From Myxococcales bacterium (GTDB taxonomy: Bacteria; Myxococcota_A; UBA9042): DNA of 24,487 nt. This document shows, piece after piece, positions 22,775 to 24,487 of this stretch (position 1 is the first letter of the stretch; every line of letters starts with the position of its first letter). A program made the position numbers and the translations under genes. The notes beneath the pieces were generated by a model that saw nothing but the letters and a program-made list of their open reading frames with translations, was not told the DNA's origin and ran no database searches. The stretch covers positions 1 through 24,487 of the forward strand of contig JBBISH010000098.1 of the NCBI GenBank assembly GCA_037441385.1, read 5' to 3'.

Positions 22775-24259
22775 ACTCGCCCGGTCCGTCTGGACGCCTT
22801 GACTTCCATCCGCTTCTTTGCCGCGCTGCACGTGGTGCTGTACCACGCCCAGTGTACGTTGTGGCCGAGTTTGCCTCCTGCTATCGAGCGGTTGCGCGAC
22901 CACGGCGACTCGGCGGTGGCGCTGTTCTACGTGCTGTCGGGTTTCATCCTGACCTACACCTACGCGCCAACGGCCGACAAGGTCGCATCGCCCAAGCCGT
23001 TTTGGCTGGCCCGGCTGGCGCGCATTGGCCCCCTGTACTGGCTGGCTTTTGCCGCCTGCGTGGTGTTTCGGCTGCAGGTGGGCGGGGATATCGTCAGCAA
23101 CCTGCGCGGTTTCTTGGCGTCCGCGACGATGCTGCAAGCCTGGACGCCCACGGCCATTTACGGCTGGAACACGCCTGGCTGGAGCTTGAGCGTCGAGGCG
23201 TTTTTCTACCTGCTGTTCCCGCTCTTGCTGCCGGCGCTGGCTCGGCTCCGCACCGAGCGGGCGCTGCTGGCTGGATTGGTGGGCCTGTGGCTGGCGGGTC
23301 TGGGTTTGCGCGAGTTTGGCCTGGCGCAGCGGCTGGACTGGCGGCTCCACAGCATCGACGTTTGGCCGGTGATCTTGAATCACAATCCGCTGTTTCGCCT
23401 TCCCGAGTTTGCCATCGGCATCGTGGCGGCCCGGCTGTTTGCCCTGCGGCCCACGGTGGCGCCCGCGGTGGCCGACGGTCTGGTCGCCGCGGGGCTGGGC
23501 ATTACGTTGGGCGTGACCGCGTTTTGGCCGGACTTGCCGCGCGACTTGCTGCACAACACCTTGTTTGCACCGGCGTTTGCCGCCCTGATTCTGGGGCTTG
23601 CCTGGCGCGGACAGGCGGCGCGGGCGCTCGAGTTGCCCTGGCTCGTGCGCTTGGGCGAGGCGAGTTTTGCCCTGTACATCGTCCAAGAGCCGGTGATGAA
23701 TTACTGGTACTTGGCCATCCACGAGCCCCATCACCGCGCCCACCCACCTTGGGTCGTTGCCGGGCAAGTTGTTGCCGTAGTTCTGGTTTCGTTCTTGGCC
23801 TGGCGTTGGGTCGAGACGCCGGCGCAGCGCCTGATTCGCCGGTGGGGCGAGGCTCGCCTGGACCCGCGCAGCCGCTGGCCGGGGTGGTCGTGGAGGTTGG
23901 CGGCGCTGACTGGGCTAGTCGCCATGGCCTGGGTGTTGCATCGGGCTCCCGAGCGGCGCCCTGGCGCGCCATCGACCATCGGCCGGGCGCTGGCGCAAGC
24001 GCATGTGACCGATGTGGCCTACGACTTGGCCCACCACGACGAAGAATTTCTGCAGCGCACCCTGGCGGCCGCGCCGCGTTTGCAGGTCCACGGGTTCGAC
24101 AGTGGCCGTGGGGAGATTCCCCAACAGCCGTGGGTCATCGCGGACCGCGCCTGGCCTGCGCCGGGGCGGCGGCCGCAGTTGGGCGAGCCGCTGCGGCCGC
24201 TGGTGCTGTTTGCGCCCAAAGCCCTGGCAGCGCAGTCGGCTGGGAAGAATTCCCAGTGA
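22772..24259 (+). CDS. Acyltransferase-3 (OafA/YrhL-like) membrane O-acyltransferase with extra C-terminal domain
   Basis: RLDALTSIRFFAALHVVLYH, AVALFYVLSGFIL, FWLARLARIGPLY, WSLSVEAFFYLLFP, EFAIGI, LGEASFALYIVQ and VETP. This is the full AT3 motif set. Confidence 0.9.
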   Translation: MTRPVRLDALTSIRFFAALHVVLYHAQCTLWPSLPPAIERLRDHGDSAVALFYVLSGFILTYTYAPTADKVASPKPFWLARLARIGPLYWLAFAACVVFRLQVGGDIVSNLRGFLASATMLQAWTPTAIYGWNTPGWSLSVEAFFYLLFPLLLPALARLRTERALLAGLVGLWLAGLGLREFGLAQRLDWRLHSIDVWPVILNHNPLFRLPEFAIGIVAARLFALRPTVAPAVADGLVAAGLGITLGVTAFWPDLPRDLLHNTLFAPAFAALILGLAWRGQAARALELPWLVRLGEASFALYIVQEPVMNYWYLAIHEPHHRAHPPWVVAGQVVAVVLVSFLAWRWVETPAQRLIRRWGEARLDPRSRWPGWSWRLAALTGLVAMAWVLHRAPERRPGAPSTIGRALAQAHVTDVAYDLAHHDEEFLQRTLAAAPRLQVHGFDSGRGEIPQQPWVIADRAWPAPGRRPQLGEPLRPLVLFAPKALAAQSAGKNSQ

Positions 24260-24394
24260 TACGCACCCCACCTGATTCACGCCTATGCGCTTCTTCTGAC
24301 CCGTTGTGCAACTAGCGAGAATCAGGCGGGGACCCCGGTTCGGGCCCTGGGAATTGCCCGAGTTTTCGATCCGATTCGAACGGAACTGGTATGA

Positions 24395-24487
24395 GAGGGT
24401 GTGTACAAAAATTTTGACAGATCGCCGGACCGTGCGAAACCACCGCCAGACGAGCGGAGGTCAACATGGGCAAGGCGTACACGCAGG
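24395..24487 (+). mobile_element. Probable left end of an insertion sequence (IS5/IS1031-group or IS630-like), truncated by the window edge
   Basis: TGA followed by GAGGGTGTGTACAAAAATTTTGACAG resembles a TNA target plus a GAG-initiated terminal IR. TTGACA at 24414-24419, GGAGG RBS at 24456-24460, and an ORF starting MGKAYTQ that resembles transposase N-termini (KAYPSDL / KAYSxDL). Confidence 0.5.
24466..24487 (+). CDS. 5' fragment of a probable transposase (MGKAYTQ...)
   Basis: Perfect GGAGG 5 nt before the ATG. Only 7 codons are visible. Confidence 0.45.

Noticed and set aside
22603..24315. 570-aa same-strand alternative frame over the acyltransferase
   Set aside because: Arg/Gly/Ala/Pro-rich and without motifs; the AT3 frame explains the region.
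24315..24360. tRNA-like fragment (CCCGGTTCGGGCCCTGG)
   Set aside because: The T-loop is non-consensus, the T-stem is mismatched, and no D-arm, acceptor stem or CCA is present.

Overview
GC-rich (roughly 70%, estimated by eye) bacterial window that reads like Myxococcota/Deltaproteobacteria DNA, given a MYXO-CTERM-like sorting signal, a Glt-like TPR protein and many lipoproteins with Asp/Ala/Thr linkers. It holds 13 credible complete or partial CDSs plus a short start fragment at the right edge. In order: the 3' end of an acyl-CoA dehydratase/activase-associated gene; a palindromic repeat; an orphan BrnA/CopG-type antitoxin; a large TPR protein resembling a GltD(AgmU)-GltE(AglT) fusion; a structured intergenic region with promoter-like motifs; a degenerate thiolase + OB-fold + cyclase-like fusion; a CocE/NonD lipoprotein; a PLC-like phosphodiesterase coupled to a small helical protein; a tight three-gene minus-strand operon of exported proteins; an APC-superfamily transporter; a His-rich outer-membrane barrel; an acyltransferase-3; and the probable left end of an IS. 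The best candidate for an undescribed system is the 13629-19542 operon. It encodes a lipoprotein dikinase with glucan-water-dikinase-like domain order (phospho-His swivel, then ATP-grasp) and an apparent two-signal polyprotein (Cys-rich module with internal MYXO-CTERM followed in frame by a lipobox and a beta-propeller). All family assignments come from motif recognition by eye; no database searches or folding programs were run.
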